Assembly (NCBI GenBank): GCA_036846445.1
Contig: DAIUBZ010000001.1
Span: 1-36,941 of the forward strand
DNA length: 36,941 nt
Reading direction: 5' to 3'
Origin: Sphingopyxis sp.
Lineage (GTDB): Bacteria > Pseudomonadota > Alphaproteobacteria > Sphingomonadales > Sphingomonadaceae
This document shows, one piece after another, positions 1 to 9,100 of this stretch. The stretch's first letter is position 1; each line of letters opens with the position of its first letter. The notes beneath the pieces were generated by a model. That model saw only the letters and a list, made by a program, of their open reading frames with translations. It searched no databases and had not been told where the DNA came from. Position numbers and translations under genes: made by a program.

Positions 1-710
1 TGGAGCAGCGCCTGTTTTTCCTTTTGGTCGATGAAAATCGCCAATTGCTGGACCCGGGTGGCGGTGGTGGCCTGGGGTGTCACCGACACCTCGATCGGAT
101 TGTGCAGGAACTGGCTGGCCAGCCCGCGAATCTCGGACGGCATGGTGGCCGAGAAGAACAGATTCTGCCGCCGCTGGGGCAGCAATTTGGCAATGCGCTT
201 CAGGCTGTGGATAAAGCCCATGTCCATCATCTGATCGGCCTCATCCAGCACAAAAATCTGGACATCATTCAGGGTCAGCGCGCGCTGGTCGATCAAATCC
301 AGCAAGCGGCCCGGCGTGGCCACCAGCACATCCAGCCCGGATTGAAACCGGCGGATCTGGCGGTTGATCGGCACCCCGCCAAACACGGTTTCCACCGAAA
401 TTCCGGAAAACCGGCTGTAATCGCGGCAACTTTGGGCAATTTGCGCGGCCAGTTCCCGCGTGGGCGACAGGATCAGCATCCGGCAACCCTTCACCGGCGA
501 TGGCCGGGGATTGGTAATCAGATGGTGCAGCGACGGCAGGGCAAAGGCCGCCGTCTTGCCGGTGCCGGTCTGGGCAATGCCGCACAGATCGCGGCCATCC
601 AACAGCGCCGGAATCGCCTGCGCCTGAATCGGGGTCGGCACCGTGTAATTTTGGGCGGCCAGCCCGCGCATCAACGCGTCGGTCAGGCCAAAGTCAGAAA
701 AATTCGTCAT
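1..710 (-). CDS. DEAD-box ATP-dependent RNA helicase, RhlE-like (5' part; runs off the window edge)
   Basis: Not in the ORF track. Manual minus-strand translation from ATG 710 gives MTNFSDFGL...YTVPTPIQAQAIP (Q motif), AQTGTGKT (motif I), VLDEADQMMDMGF (motif II) and LFFSATM (motif III). Confidence 0.95.
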   Translation of the reverse strand, partial: MTNFSDFGLTDALMRGLAAQNYTVPTPIQAQAIPALLDGRDLCGIAQTGTGKTAAFALPSLHHLITNPRPSPVKGCRMLILSPTRELAAQIAQSCRDYSRFSGISVETVFGGVPINRQIRRFQSGLDVLVATPGRLLDLIDQRALTLNDVQIFVLDEADQMMDMGFIHSLKRIAKLLPQRRQNLFFSATMPSEIRGLASQFLHNPIEVSVTPQATTATRVQQLAIFIDQKEKQALL

Positions 711-917
711 GGATCATTCCAATATCAAGGCTCGCCCGGCGGCATGGCCAGTGGCCACGACCGACAGGTCCGCGGGGGTGAAATCTGCCCGCGTGAATGG
801 GAAGCCTTCGACAGGTTCTTGCGTCAGCACCCGGCCCACTTGCGGGCCAATCGGCCCATGGTCACGCTGCCGGATATGCGGGCAACCAAAATGGCCGCCA
901 ATACTGCGCTAGAACAG

Positions 918-946
918 AGAATACAGCAGTTCCGCACGATTTGCAA
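918..946 (-). promoter_or_regulatory. sigma70-type promoter for the DEAD-box helicase
   Basis: Minus strand TTGCAA (946-941), 17-nt spacer, TATTCT (923-918). This implies a 5' UTR of about 200 nt. Confidence 0.7.
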
Positions 947-950
947 GGGT

Positions 951-1709
951 TTAGCGCAGCAGGATGAACAGGCCCACCGCCACCACCATGGCGACAAAGC
1001 CATATCGCAGCAGTTCAGCCCTGCTGTCCAGCCGCCGCAGGATCGGCATGGCAAGGCCGGTGCCCACCGCCCCGCCCGCGACCAGCGCCGCCAGCACCGG
1101 CCATATGAGCTGGCCCGACACGGCATAGGCCGCGCTGGTCGCGCCGCCAAACAGGGTCACCGACACCAGCGATGACGCCGCCGCATTGCCCAGCGTCATG
1201 CCGGTTGCCGCCATCAGCCCCGGGGCGATCAAAAAGCCGCCGCCAATCCCGAAAAAGCCCGCCGCAATGCCCACCAGCAACCCGATGGGTGCCAATTTCC
1301 AGACCATGGCCCCGGTCAGCCGCGCCGCCGGATTGCCCGCACTGCGGCGCGGGATCAACATGGATACGGCAATGACGATCATCGCCGCGCCAAACAATCG
1401 CAGCAACAGCGCGCCATCGACCCGCAGCGCCAGTTGCACCCCCAGCACCGATCCGGTGACTCCAGCGAGCGCAAACACGCTGGCACACGGCCATTTCACC
1501 CGGCCCGCCCGGGCCTGGACGGCAAGGCCGGTGGCCGCATTGACCGCCACTGCCGCCGCCGAGGTGGCGATGGCGGCGTGGGTGTCAGCAATGCCAACCA
1601 CATAGATCAACCAGGGCGTCGCCAGCACCGACCCGCCGCCCCCAAACAGGGTCAGCAGCAAGCCAACGAGCAATCCGCCAGTCGCAGCGAGAAGCAGGCT
1701 TTCGATCAT
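951..1709 (-). CDS. Sulfite exporter TauE/SafE (TSUP) family membrane protein
   Basis: 252 aa, hydrophobic, with duplicated Gly-rich motifs (LFGGGGSVLATP; FFGIGGGFLIAP) typical of TSUP. Lies downstream of the rhodanese gene. Confidence 0.88.
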   Translation of the reverse strand: MIESLLLAATGGLLVGLLLTLFGGGGSVLATPWLIYVVGIADTHAAIATSAAAVAVNAATGLAVQARAGRVKWPCASVFALAGVTGSVLGVQLALRVDGALLLRLFGAAMIVIAVSMLIPRRSAGNPAARLTGAMVWKLAPIGLLVGIAAGFFGIGGGFLIAPGLMAATGMTLGNAAASSLVSVTLFGGATSAAYAVSGQLIWPVLAALVAGGAVGTGLAMPILRRLDSRAELLRYGFVAMVVAVGLFILLR

Positions 1710-1733
1710 GATTGTGACCCGCCGCCCGCCGGA

Positions 1734-2273
1734 TCAGGCCGCCGCCCGCCGGTTCCACGGGGCCAGCATCAACACCCGCGCCATGCCGCAAAATCCGGTT
1801 ATCCCGGCGAACAGCAATCCCGCCCCGACAAAGGCCGACAGGCCGAACCATGCCGGGGCCACAACTGCGCCCAGCACCGCGCCGGTCAGGATCATGAGGC
1901 CAGCCGCAATCTGAACCTGGCGCATGATTTCCAGCGGGGCATGGCCATTGCGGACGAGGGGGAGACCGGCCCGCGCCCACGCGTCAACCCCGCCGTCCAA
2001 CATCAATGCGCGGCCATGAACCCCGGTCGCCAGCCGGTCGCAGGCACCGGCCGTGCGCATCCCGCTGCGGCAAGTGAAGATGACGTCTGTATCGGGCGCA
2101 TTGGCGGCACCCGCCAATTGCATTTCGTCCCATGTGGACAGCGGACGCAACTGCGCCGCCGCGATATGGACGCGGGCATATTCATCAGCTTCGCGAATGT
2201 CGATCAGCACAGCGGTGCCCGCCGCCAGGTGGCGGTGGGCGTCGGCGGGGGTGATGGGGGTCAGGCTGGTCAT
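1734..2273 (-). CDS. Rhodanese-domain sulfurtransferase with C-terminal membrane domain (YgaP/DUF2892-like)
   Basis: LIDIREADEY..HI, active-site loop CRSGMRT, LDGGVDAW, then two TM helices ending GITGFCGMARVLMLAPWN. ATG 2273 overlaps the ArsR stop (ATGA). Confidence 0.9.
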   Translation of the reverse strand: MTSLTPITPADAHRHLAAGTAVLIDIREADEYARVHIAAAQLRPLSTWDEMQLAGAANAPDTDVIFTCRSGMRTAGACDRLATGVHGRALMLDGGVDAWARAGLPLVRNGHAPLEIMRQVQIAAGLMILTGAVLGAVVAPAWFGLSAFVGAGLLFAGITGFCGMARVLMLAPWNRRAAA

Positions 2274-2608
2274 GGCGTCGTTCCTGTCGTCAGTTCGGGG
2301 GGACAATAAATGGCGGCCAGCACCGCAATAACCCGGAGCGCCGCCGGGTCATCCAGCCGGTAATAGATGGTCTGGCCCGCCCGCCGGGTGGCCAGAATGC
2401 CATCGGCGCGCAGCCGGGCCAGATGCTGGGACAGCGCCGATTGCGACAGGCCGACCCTTTGTTGCAAATCGCCGACCGACCGTTCGCCATCGGCCAGTTG
2501 GCACAGGATCATCAGCCGCCGTTCATTGGCAAGCAGGCGCAGCAAATCCGCCGCGCGCGCCGCGCTGGCCTGAAACAGGGCAAGGTTGTGGGCGGTCAAA
2601 TCCATCAT
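2270..2608 (-). CDS. ArsR/SmtB family repressor, BigR/SqrR-like persulfide sensor
   Basis: LANERRLMILCQL...LSQSALSQHLARLR...RRAGQTIYY winged HTH, with the two-Cys pattern (ILCQL and IYCP) of BigR/SqrR. Sulfur-detox neighbourhood. Confidence 0.88.
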   Translation of the reverse strand: MMDLTAHNLALFQASAARAADLLRLLANERRLMILCQLADGERSVGDLQQRVGLSQSALSQHLARLRADGILATRRAGQTIYYRLDDPAALRVIAVLAAIYCPPELTTGTTP

Positions 2609-2672
2609 GGGATCAATATATAAGTTGATTCTAAATAAGCAAGTGATAATATATCGACCAAGGAGAATCACC
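2609..2672. promoter_or_regulatory. AT-rich divergent promoter/operator region between the ArsR gene and the dioxygenase
   Basis: Strongly AT-rich island. Imperfect inverted repeat GATCAATATAT (2611-2621) / ATATATCGACC (2649-2659). Candidate overlapping promoters TTGATT-N16-TAATAT (+) and TTGCTT-N16-TATATT (-). SD AGGAG at 2661-2665. Confidence 0.6.
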
Positions 2673-3545
2673 ATGTCCGACCAGTCCCGTCCCGATGTCG
2701 CCGCCTTTTTCGACGATGCGACCAACACCGTCAGCTATATTGTCAGCGACCCCGCCACCGGCACGGCGGCGATCATCGACCCGGTGCTGGATTTCAGCGC
2801 CAATGACGGCCGCACCAGCACGGCATCGGCGGACCGGCTGTTGGCGGCGCTGCGCGATCGTGGGCTGCGGCTGGCGTGGGTGTTGGAAACCCACGCCCAC
2901 GCCGACCATCTGTCGGCGGCGCATTATCTGCACGCACAAAGCGGCGCACCAATCGTGATCGGCGACCATATCCGCGATGTCCAGGCAGCGTTCATTCCGC
3001 TGTTTGGCGCCGACGATGTGGCGGCGGACGGCAGCGCCTTCCACCGGCTGCTGGCGGATGGCGATATGCTGCCGCTGGGCGATCTGACCCTGCGCGCGTT
3101 GCACACGCCGGGGCACACTCCGGCCTGTATGACCTATGTTATCGGCGATGCCGCCTTTGTCGGCGACACTTTGTTCATGCCCGATTATGGCACGGCGCGC
3201 TGTGATTTTCCGGGTGGGGACGCCGCCACCCTCTATCGCTCGGTCCAGCGCATATTGGCGCTGCCTGCGGCCACACGCATCTTTACCGGCCATGATTATC
3301 TGCCCGCCGGGCGACAGGAATATGCGTGGGAAAGCAGCGTCGCCGCCCAACGCGCCACCAATATCCATATCCATCAGGGGGTCAGCGAGGCCGATTTTGT
3401 CGCCATGCGGACCGCCCGCGATGCGACGCTGGCCGCACCCCGGCTGATCCTGCCGTCGCTTCAGGTGAATATTCGCGCCGGGGCCATGCCGCCCGCCGAC
3501 CGGGATGGCCGGGTGCGGCTGCGCATCCCGGTCAATATATTTTGA
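2673..3545 (+). CDS. Persulfide dioxygenase (Blh/ETHE1-like, MBL fold)
   Basis: ETHAHADHLS metal motif, HTPGHTPAC, FVGDTLFMPDYGTARCDFPGG and PRLILPSLQVNIRAG. SD AGGAG lies 7 nt before ATG 2673. Confidence 0.92.
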   Translation: MSDQSRPDVAAFFDDATNTVSYIVSDPATGTAAIIDPVLDFSANDGRTSTASADRLLAALRDRGLRLAWVLETHAHADHLSAAHYLHAQSGAPIVIGDHIRDVQAAFIPLFGADDVAADGSAFHRLLADGDMLPLGDLTLRALHTPGHTPACMTYVIGDAAFVGDTLFMPDYGTARCDFPGGDAATLYRSVQRILALPAATRIFTGHDYLPAGRQEYAWESSVAAQRATNIHIHQGVSEADFVAMRTARDATLAAPRLILPSLQVNIRAGAMPPADRDGRVRLRIPVNIF

Positions 3546-3623
3546 GCCGGTCCCAAGATACCGGCTGATATGCGCTAAGCCCTGTCCCAATCTGGGCCGG
3601 CTGGCGCAGCGCGACAAAGCCGA

Positions 3624-3669
3624 TTGACAAGCCCAACCGATTTCCGCCTATGTAGAACATAATAGGAAC
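3624..3669 (+). promoter_or_regulatory. SOS promoter with alphaproteobacterial LexA box
   Basis: TTGACA at 3624-3629, -10-like CTATGT at 3648-3653, and GAAC-ataatag-GAAC at 3655-3669 (the reverse complement of GTTC-N7-GTTC), directly upstream of imuA. Confidence 0.92.
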
Positions 3670-3719
3670 ATCAGCGAATCGCTGCCCTTGCGAGTCGCTG
3701 CCTGTGGTGGAGCATCAGG

Positions 3720-4598
3720 ATGGAAATGGCGAGGCGAAACCCGGTCCAGGCATCGCCGTCCACAACGGCGGCGGCGGATGCACGCCTGTATTTTGGCTGT
3801 GCGGCGCTGGATGCCCGCCTGGAAAGCGGGGGGCGGGGCGGCGGCCTGCCCCGCGCGGCACTGCACGAATTTGGCGTGGTGAGTGATGATGATGCGGCCA
3901 GTGCGGCGGCGCTGGCACTGGGGCTGGCGGCGCGGGCCAGCGGGGGCGGGGATGGCACGATATTGTGGCTGCGCGATCTGGCCGAACCGGGGCGGGGCGG
4001 CACCGGCGGCGGGCTGTATGGACCGGGGCTGGCCGAATTGGGGATTAACCCGGCGCGGGTGCTGCTGATCGACGCGCCGGGGCATCTGGCCCAATTGCGC
4101 GCCGCCGCCGATATTGCCCGCTGCCGCGCCGGGGCGGTGCTGGTGCTGGCGCTGGGGCCGCACGCGCCGCCGCTGGACCTGACCGCCACCCGGCGGCTGG
4201 CGCTGGCGGCGGAACAGAGCGGCACGCCGGTGCTGCTGCTCTCGCCCGCCCGCCATGCCGCCGCCGGACCGGACCGCGCCGTCTTTGCCGCGCCGTCGGC
4301 GGCATTCAGCCGGTGGCAGGTGGCCAGCGCCCCATCGCCTGCCCGGCACTATCCCGCCGCGCCGGGGCCGCCGGCCTTTGCCCTGTCGCTGTGCCGCCAT
4401 CGCGGCGGTGTTTCGCCCTTTGTCTGGACTGTGGAATGGAATCGTGACCAACGCGCCTGTATCAGCCCTCACCCCGCCGACCAGCCGCCGCTTTCTGGCG
4501 CTGTATTTGCCGTGGCTGGCGGTAGAGGCGTGGGCGACGGCGGGACAGCAGACGGGGCGGCGGGCGGAGCAGGCTGGAGGCGGCAGCACGCCGCCTGA
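3720..4598 (+). CDS. imuA: ImuA (RecA-like accessory protein of the mutagenesis cassette)
   Basis: LDARL..GGGLPRAALHE, LYGPGLAELGINPARV, LDLTATRRLALAAE, SRWQVASAPS and WTVEWNRD. First gene after the LexA box. Confidence 0.88.
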   Translation: MEMARRNPVQASPSTTAAADARLYFGCAALDARLESGGRGGGLPRAALHEFGVVSDDDAASAAALALGLAARASGGGDGTILWLRDLAEPGRGGTGGGLYGPGLAELGINPARVLLIDAPGHLAQLRAAADIARCRAGAVLVLALGPHAPPLDLTATRRLALAAEQSGTPVLLLSPARHAAAGPDRAVFAAPSAAFSRWQVASAPSPARHYPAAPGPPAFALSLCRHRGGVSPFVWTVEWNRDQRACISPHPADQPPLSGAVFAVAGGRGVGDGGTADGAAGGAGWRRQHAA

Positions 4599-6126
4599 TC
4601 CTGCCGCCGCGCGCGGGTATGAACCGCCATTTGCCGCCCCATTTGCCCTGATCGCGCCGGATCGCGGTGCGCTGCGGCTGGCCGCGCCCTGTCCGCGCAG
4701 CACCGCCATGGGGCTGCGCCCCGGCCAGCCGCTGGCCGACGCCCGGGCGCTGGTGCCAGAATTGACGGTGGCGATGGCCGATGCCGATGTGGCAGCGGCG
4801 GCGCTGACCCGGCTGGCCGATGCGGCAGAGGCCTTTACCCCCGCCGTGGCCAGCGATGCCGCCATCCCGGCGCTGCTGCTGGACATTGCCGGGGCCACCC
4901 ATTTTTGGGCCAGCGCCGATGATGCCCCGGATGCCGCAGCGGCGGCGGCCGAGGCGCGGCTGGCCGCCGCTGCGATCCGCCGGATTGGCGCGCTGGGCTT
5001 CACCGCCCGGGCCGGGCTGGCCGCCACCCCCGATGCCGCCGCCGCCTGTGCCATTTATGGCTGTGACGCGGCCGACATTGGCCTGTTGCCGGTGGCCGCA
5101 TTGCGGCTGGATGCCGACAGCGAGGCCGGGCTGGCCCGCGCCGGGCTGCGCACGGTGGGCGCGGTGGCGGCGCGGCCGCGCGGGGCGCTGGCGGCGCGCT
5201 TTGGCGCGGCACTGGTGGACCGGATTGACCGCTTGCTGGGCCGGGTGGACGCCCGCATCACCCCGCGCCGCCGTGCTCCGCCGATCACCGCCGCCCGCAA
5301 TTTTGCCCAGCCCATCGCCCATCTGGACACGGTGCGGCTGGTGCTGGCGGAATTGCTGGGCGATCTGGCCCGGCAATTGGCGGCGCGCGGGCGCGGCGGG
5401 CGGCGCTTTGCCGTGCGCTTTGACCGCAGCGACGGGGCACAGCGGCACATCGCCATCGACACCGCCGCCGCCACCCGCGACGGCGCGCTGATCGCCCGCT
5501 TGCTGGACGAACATCTGGACGGGCTGGCCGACCCGCTGGACCCCGGCTTTGGCTTTGATGCCATGCTGGCCGCCGCCGTGCGCCATGAACCGCTGGCCGA
5601 TGACCAATTGACGCTGATGGGCGGCACCGAACATGGCGCGGCGCAGCAAGCCGCCATGGCCGAATTGATCGACCGGCTGGGCGCGCGCTGGGGGCCACAG
5701 ATGGTGAAGCGGCTGGCCCCCCATGCCAGCCACATTCCCGAACAGGCGGCGTTGTTGCTGCCTGTCACCAGCGCCGCGCCCGCGCCCGCCGCCGACTGGC
5801 CGCAGCCAGAGGCGGGCGAGCCGCCGCTGCGCCCATTTCACCTGTTTGATCCGCCGCAATTGGTCGAGGTGATTGCCGAAGTGCCCGACGGTCCGCCGCG
5901 CCAATTCCGCTGGCGGCGGCGGCTGCACCATATTCGCCGCCACGACGGGCCGGAACGCATCGCGCCGGAATGGTGGCGGCGTCCGCCCGGCCAGCCCCAG
6001 CCGCCAACCCGCGATTATTATCGGGTGGAGGACGCCAGTGGTCGCCGATTCTGGATGTTTCGCCACGGGCTTTACGGCAGCGAACGGGCCAATCCGCGCT
6101 GGTATATCCACGGGCTGTTTGCATGA
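4444..6126 (+). CDS. imuB: ImuB, inactive Y-family polymerase-like protein
   Basis: RRFLALYLPWL, GLRPGQPLADARAL, FTPAVA..LLLDIAGATHF, DPGFGFD and C-terminal GPERIAPEWW..RDYYRVED..RFWMFR. The GTG 4444 start is inferred and uncertain. Confidence 0.92.
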   Translation: MTNAPVSALTPPTSRRFLALYLPWLAVEAWATAGQQTGRRAEQAGGGSTPPDPAAARGYEPPFAAPFALIAPDRGALRLAAPCPRSTAMGLRPGQPLADARALVPELTVAMADADVAAAALTRLADAAEAFTPAVASDAAIPALLLDIAGATHFWASADDAPDAAAAAAEARLAAAAIRRIGALGFTARAGLAATPDAAAACAIYGCDAADIGLLPVAALRLDADSEAGLARAGLRTVGAVAARPRGALAARFGAALVDRIDRLLGRVDARITPRRRAPPITAARNFAQPIAHLDTVRLVLAELLGDLARQLAARGRGGRRFAVRFDRSDGAQRHIAIDTAAATRDGALIARLLDEHLDGLADPLDPGFGFDAMLAAAVRHEPLADDQLTLMGGTEHGAAQQAAMAELIDRLGARWGPQMVKRLAPHASHIPEQAALLLPVTSAAPAPAADWPQPEAGEPPLRPFHLFDPPQLVEVIAEVPDGPPRQFRWRRRLHHIRRHDGPERIAPEWWRRPPGQPQPPTRDYYRVEDASGRRFWMFRHGLYGSERANPRWYIHGLFA

Positions 6127-9100
6127 CCGCGCCCGCCCTTCCACCCCCCTATGCCGACCCGGTGGCGGCCAGCCATTATAGTTTTTTGCGCGGGGCATCG
6201 TCCGGCGCGGCGCTGGTGGAGCGCGCGCTGGCGCTGGGGCTGGCCGGGCTGGGCATTGCCGATCGCAACAGCGTGGCCGGGGTGGTGCGCGCCCATGTCG
6301 CCCTGCGCGATGCGAAAGCGGCGGGGACGGCGGGGGCGGCGGATTTCCGGCTGATTGTGGGCGCGCGCCTGTGCTTTGCCGATGGCACGCCGGACATTGC
6401 CGCATATCCCGCCGACCGGGCGGGCTGGGGCGCGCTGACCCGGCTGCTGACCCTGGGCAATCGCCGCGCGGTCAAGGGCGAATGCTGCTTGACCCTGCCC
6501 GATTTGCTGGCGCTAAGCGGGGGTGGGGCTGGCGCACCACTGCAATTGATCCTGCTGCCCGATCCGGCGCGGATGCCGGGTGCGGGCGATGCGGCGGTGC
6601 TGGGCCAGGTGGCGGCGGCCTTCCCCGGCGCGCTGTGGCTGGGCGCGGTCATGCCGCGCGGCGGGCGCGATGGGCGGCGGCTGGCGGCGCTGGCCGCCAT
6701 CGCCGATGCGGCGGGCGTCCCGCTGATCGCCACCAGCGACGCGCTTTACGCCGATGCCGCCGCCCGCCCGCTGCACGATGTGATGACCGCCATCCGCTGT
6801 CACACCCCGGTGGCGCGGGCGGGCAAGCGGCTGGCGGCCAATGCCGAACGCCATTTGCACGGCCCCGCCGAAATCGCCCGGCTGTTCGCCGCCCATCCCG
6901 ATGCGGTGGCACAGACTGCGCGCTTTTTCGCCGGGATCCGCTTTTCGCTCGACCAATTGCGCTATGAATATCCCGGCGAGCCGGTGCCACCGGGCTATGA
7001 TGCCCAGGGGTGGCTGACCGAATTGGTGCGCCGCCGCGCCGCCGCGCGCTGGCCAGACGGGGTGCCACCCGCGATGCAGGCGCTGATCGACGAGGAATTG
7101 CCGCTGATCGCGCAAATGGAATATGCGCCCTATTTCCTGACCGTCCACGACATTGTCGCCTGGGCGCAAGCGCGCGGCATTTTGTGCCAGGGGCGGGGCA
7201 GCGCCGCCAATTCCGCCGTCTGTTACATATTGGGGATTACGGCGGTGGACCCCAGCAAATATAATCTGTTGTTTTCGCGTTTCATTTCCGAAGAACGCCG
7301 CGAACCGCCCGACATTGATGTCGATTTTGAACATGAACGGCGCGAGGAGGTGATCCAATATATCTATGCCCGCTATGGCCGCGACCGCGCCGCCATTGCC
7401 GCCACCACCATCCATTATCGCCCGCGCAGCGCGGTGCGCGAGGTCGGCAAGGCGCTGGGCCTGTCGCAAGATGTCACCGCCCGGCTGGCATCGACCATCT
7501 GGGGCAGTTTTTCGGGCAAATTGGACGAGGCCCGCTTTGCCGAGGCGGGGTTCGACATCCACAATCCCGAAATCGCCCGGGTGAACGGCATTGTTCAGCA
7601 ATTGCTGATGACCCCGCGCCATTTGTCGCAGCACGTCGGCGGCTTTGTGCTGACCGCCGGGCGGCTGGATGAATTGGTGCCGATTTGCAACGCCGCCATG
7701 CCGGACCGGACGTTCATCGAATGGGACAAGGATGATATTGACGCACTGGGGTTGATGAAGGTCGATGTGCTGGCGCTGGGGATGCTGACGTGCATTGCCA
7801 AGGCATTTGATCTGGTCGCGGCCACCGGCGGCCCCCGCTATACGCTGGACAGCGTGCCCGATGATGCGCCCGATGTTTATGCCATGCTGGGGCGCGGCGA
7901 CAGCATCGGCATTTTCCAGATTGAAAGCCGCGCCCAGATGAACATGCTGCCCCGCATCCGGCCGCGCTGTTTTTACGATCTGGCGATTCAGGTGGCGATT
8001 GTCCGCCCGGGGCCGATCCAGGGCGAAATGGTTCACCCCTATTTGCGGCGGCGGCAGGGGCGCGAGCCGGTGGAATTTCCCTCGCCCCACCCCGATCACG
8101 GCCCGGCGGACGAATTGGAACAGGTGCTGGGCAAGACGCTGGGCGTGCCATTGTTTCAGGAACAGGCGATGAAGCTGGCGATTGTTGCGGCGGGCTTCAC
8201 CCCCAGCGAAGCGAATATGTTGCGCCGGTCGATGGCGACATTCCGCCGGGTGGGCGGGATGCACACATTTTGGGACAAATTGGTCGGCGGCATGGTCGCG
8301 CGCGGCTATGAACCGCAATTTGCCGAACGCTGTTTTCGCCAGATCGAAGGCTTTGGCAGCTATGGCTTTCCCGAAAGCCACGCCATCGCCTTTGCCCGGC
8401 TGGTGTGGGTCAGCGCCTATTTGCGCTGCCGCTATCCCGCCGCCTTTGCCGCCGCTTTGCTCAATGCCCAGCCGATGGGATTTTACGCGCCCGCGCAAAT
8501 CGTGCGCGATGCTCAGGACCATGGCGTCACCGTGCTGGGGGTTGATGTGAACGCCAGCGGCTGGGACAACCGGCTGGAACCCACGGATGGTGGGTGGGCG
8601 CTGCGGCTGGGCTTGCGCCAGATTGACGGTTTTCGTGCGGTGTGGGCCGATGCGATTGCCGGGGTTCAGGCTGAACCCTTTGCCAGCATCGAAGATGCCG
8701 CCCGCCGCGCCGCCCTGCCCCCGCCCGCGCTGCGGCTGCTGGCCGATGCCGACGCCTTTGCCAGCATCGGCCTTGGCCGGCGGGCGGCGGCGTGGGATGT
8801 GCGGCGCACCCCGGCCCGGCAATTGGACCTGTTTGCCGCCATGGCCGCGCCCGAACTGGCGGCGGAGCCGGATGCCCAGCTACCCACCATGGCGCTGGGC
8901 GAGCAGGTGGCGGCGGATTATCAATTGCTGCGGCTCAGCTTGCGCGCCCACCCCATGGCGCTGCTCCGACCCCGCTTTGACGCTGATCGGGCCGCTGATC
9001 GGGGCGCTGATCGGGTGGTGCGCTGCGCCGATGTGGGCGCAGCGGGCAATGGCCGCCGGGTCCGCGCCGCCGGGGTGGTGCTGGTGCGCCAGCGCCCGGG

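Noticed and set aside
206..214. Perfect DnaA box TGTGGATAA (plus a one-mismatch copy near 17758)
   Set aside because: Isolated. The first lies inside helicase codons (GFIHS), and there is no box cluster or origin context.
24..1175. 383-aa plus-strand ORF at the window start
   Set aside because: Antisense to the DEAD-box helicase, which has all the expected motifs on the minus strand.
5970..6122. N-terminal extensions in the ORF track (dnaE2 from 5970; likewise imuB 4255, ArsR 2728, dioxygenase 2586, fzlA 17826, tyrS 29721, uppP 24677)
   Set aside because: They overlap neighbouring genes or promoters. Downstream starts fit SD/ATGA coupling and family N-termini better.
3648..8822. Long minus-strand ORFs (3648-5054, 4462-6405, 6513-8822)
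   Set aside because: Antisense shadows of imuA/imuB/dnaE2 with no recognisable domains.
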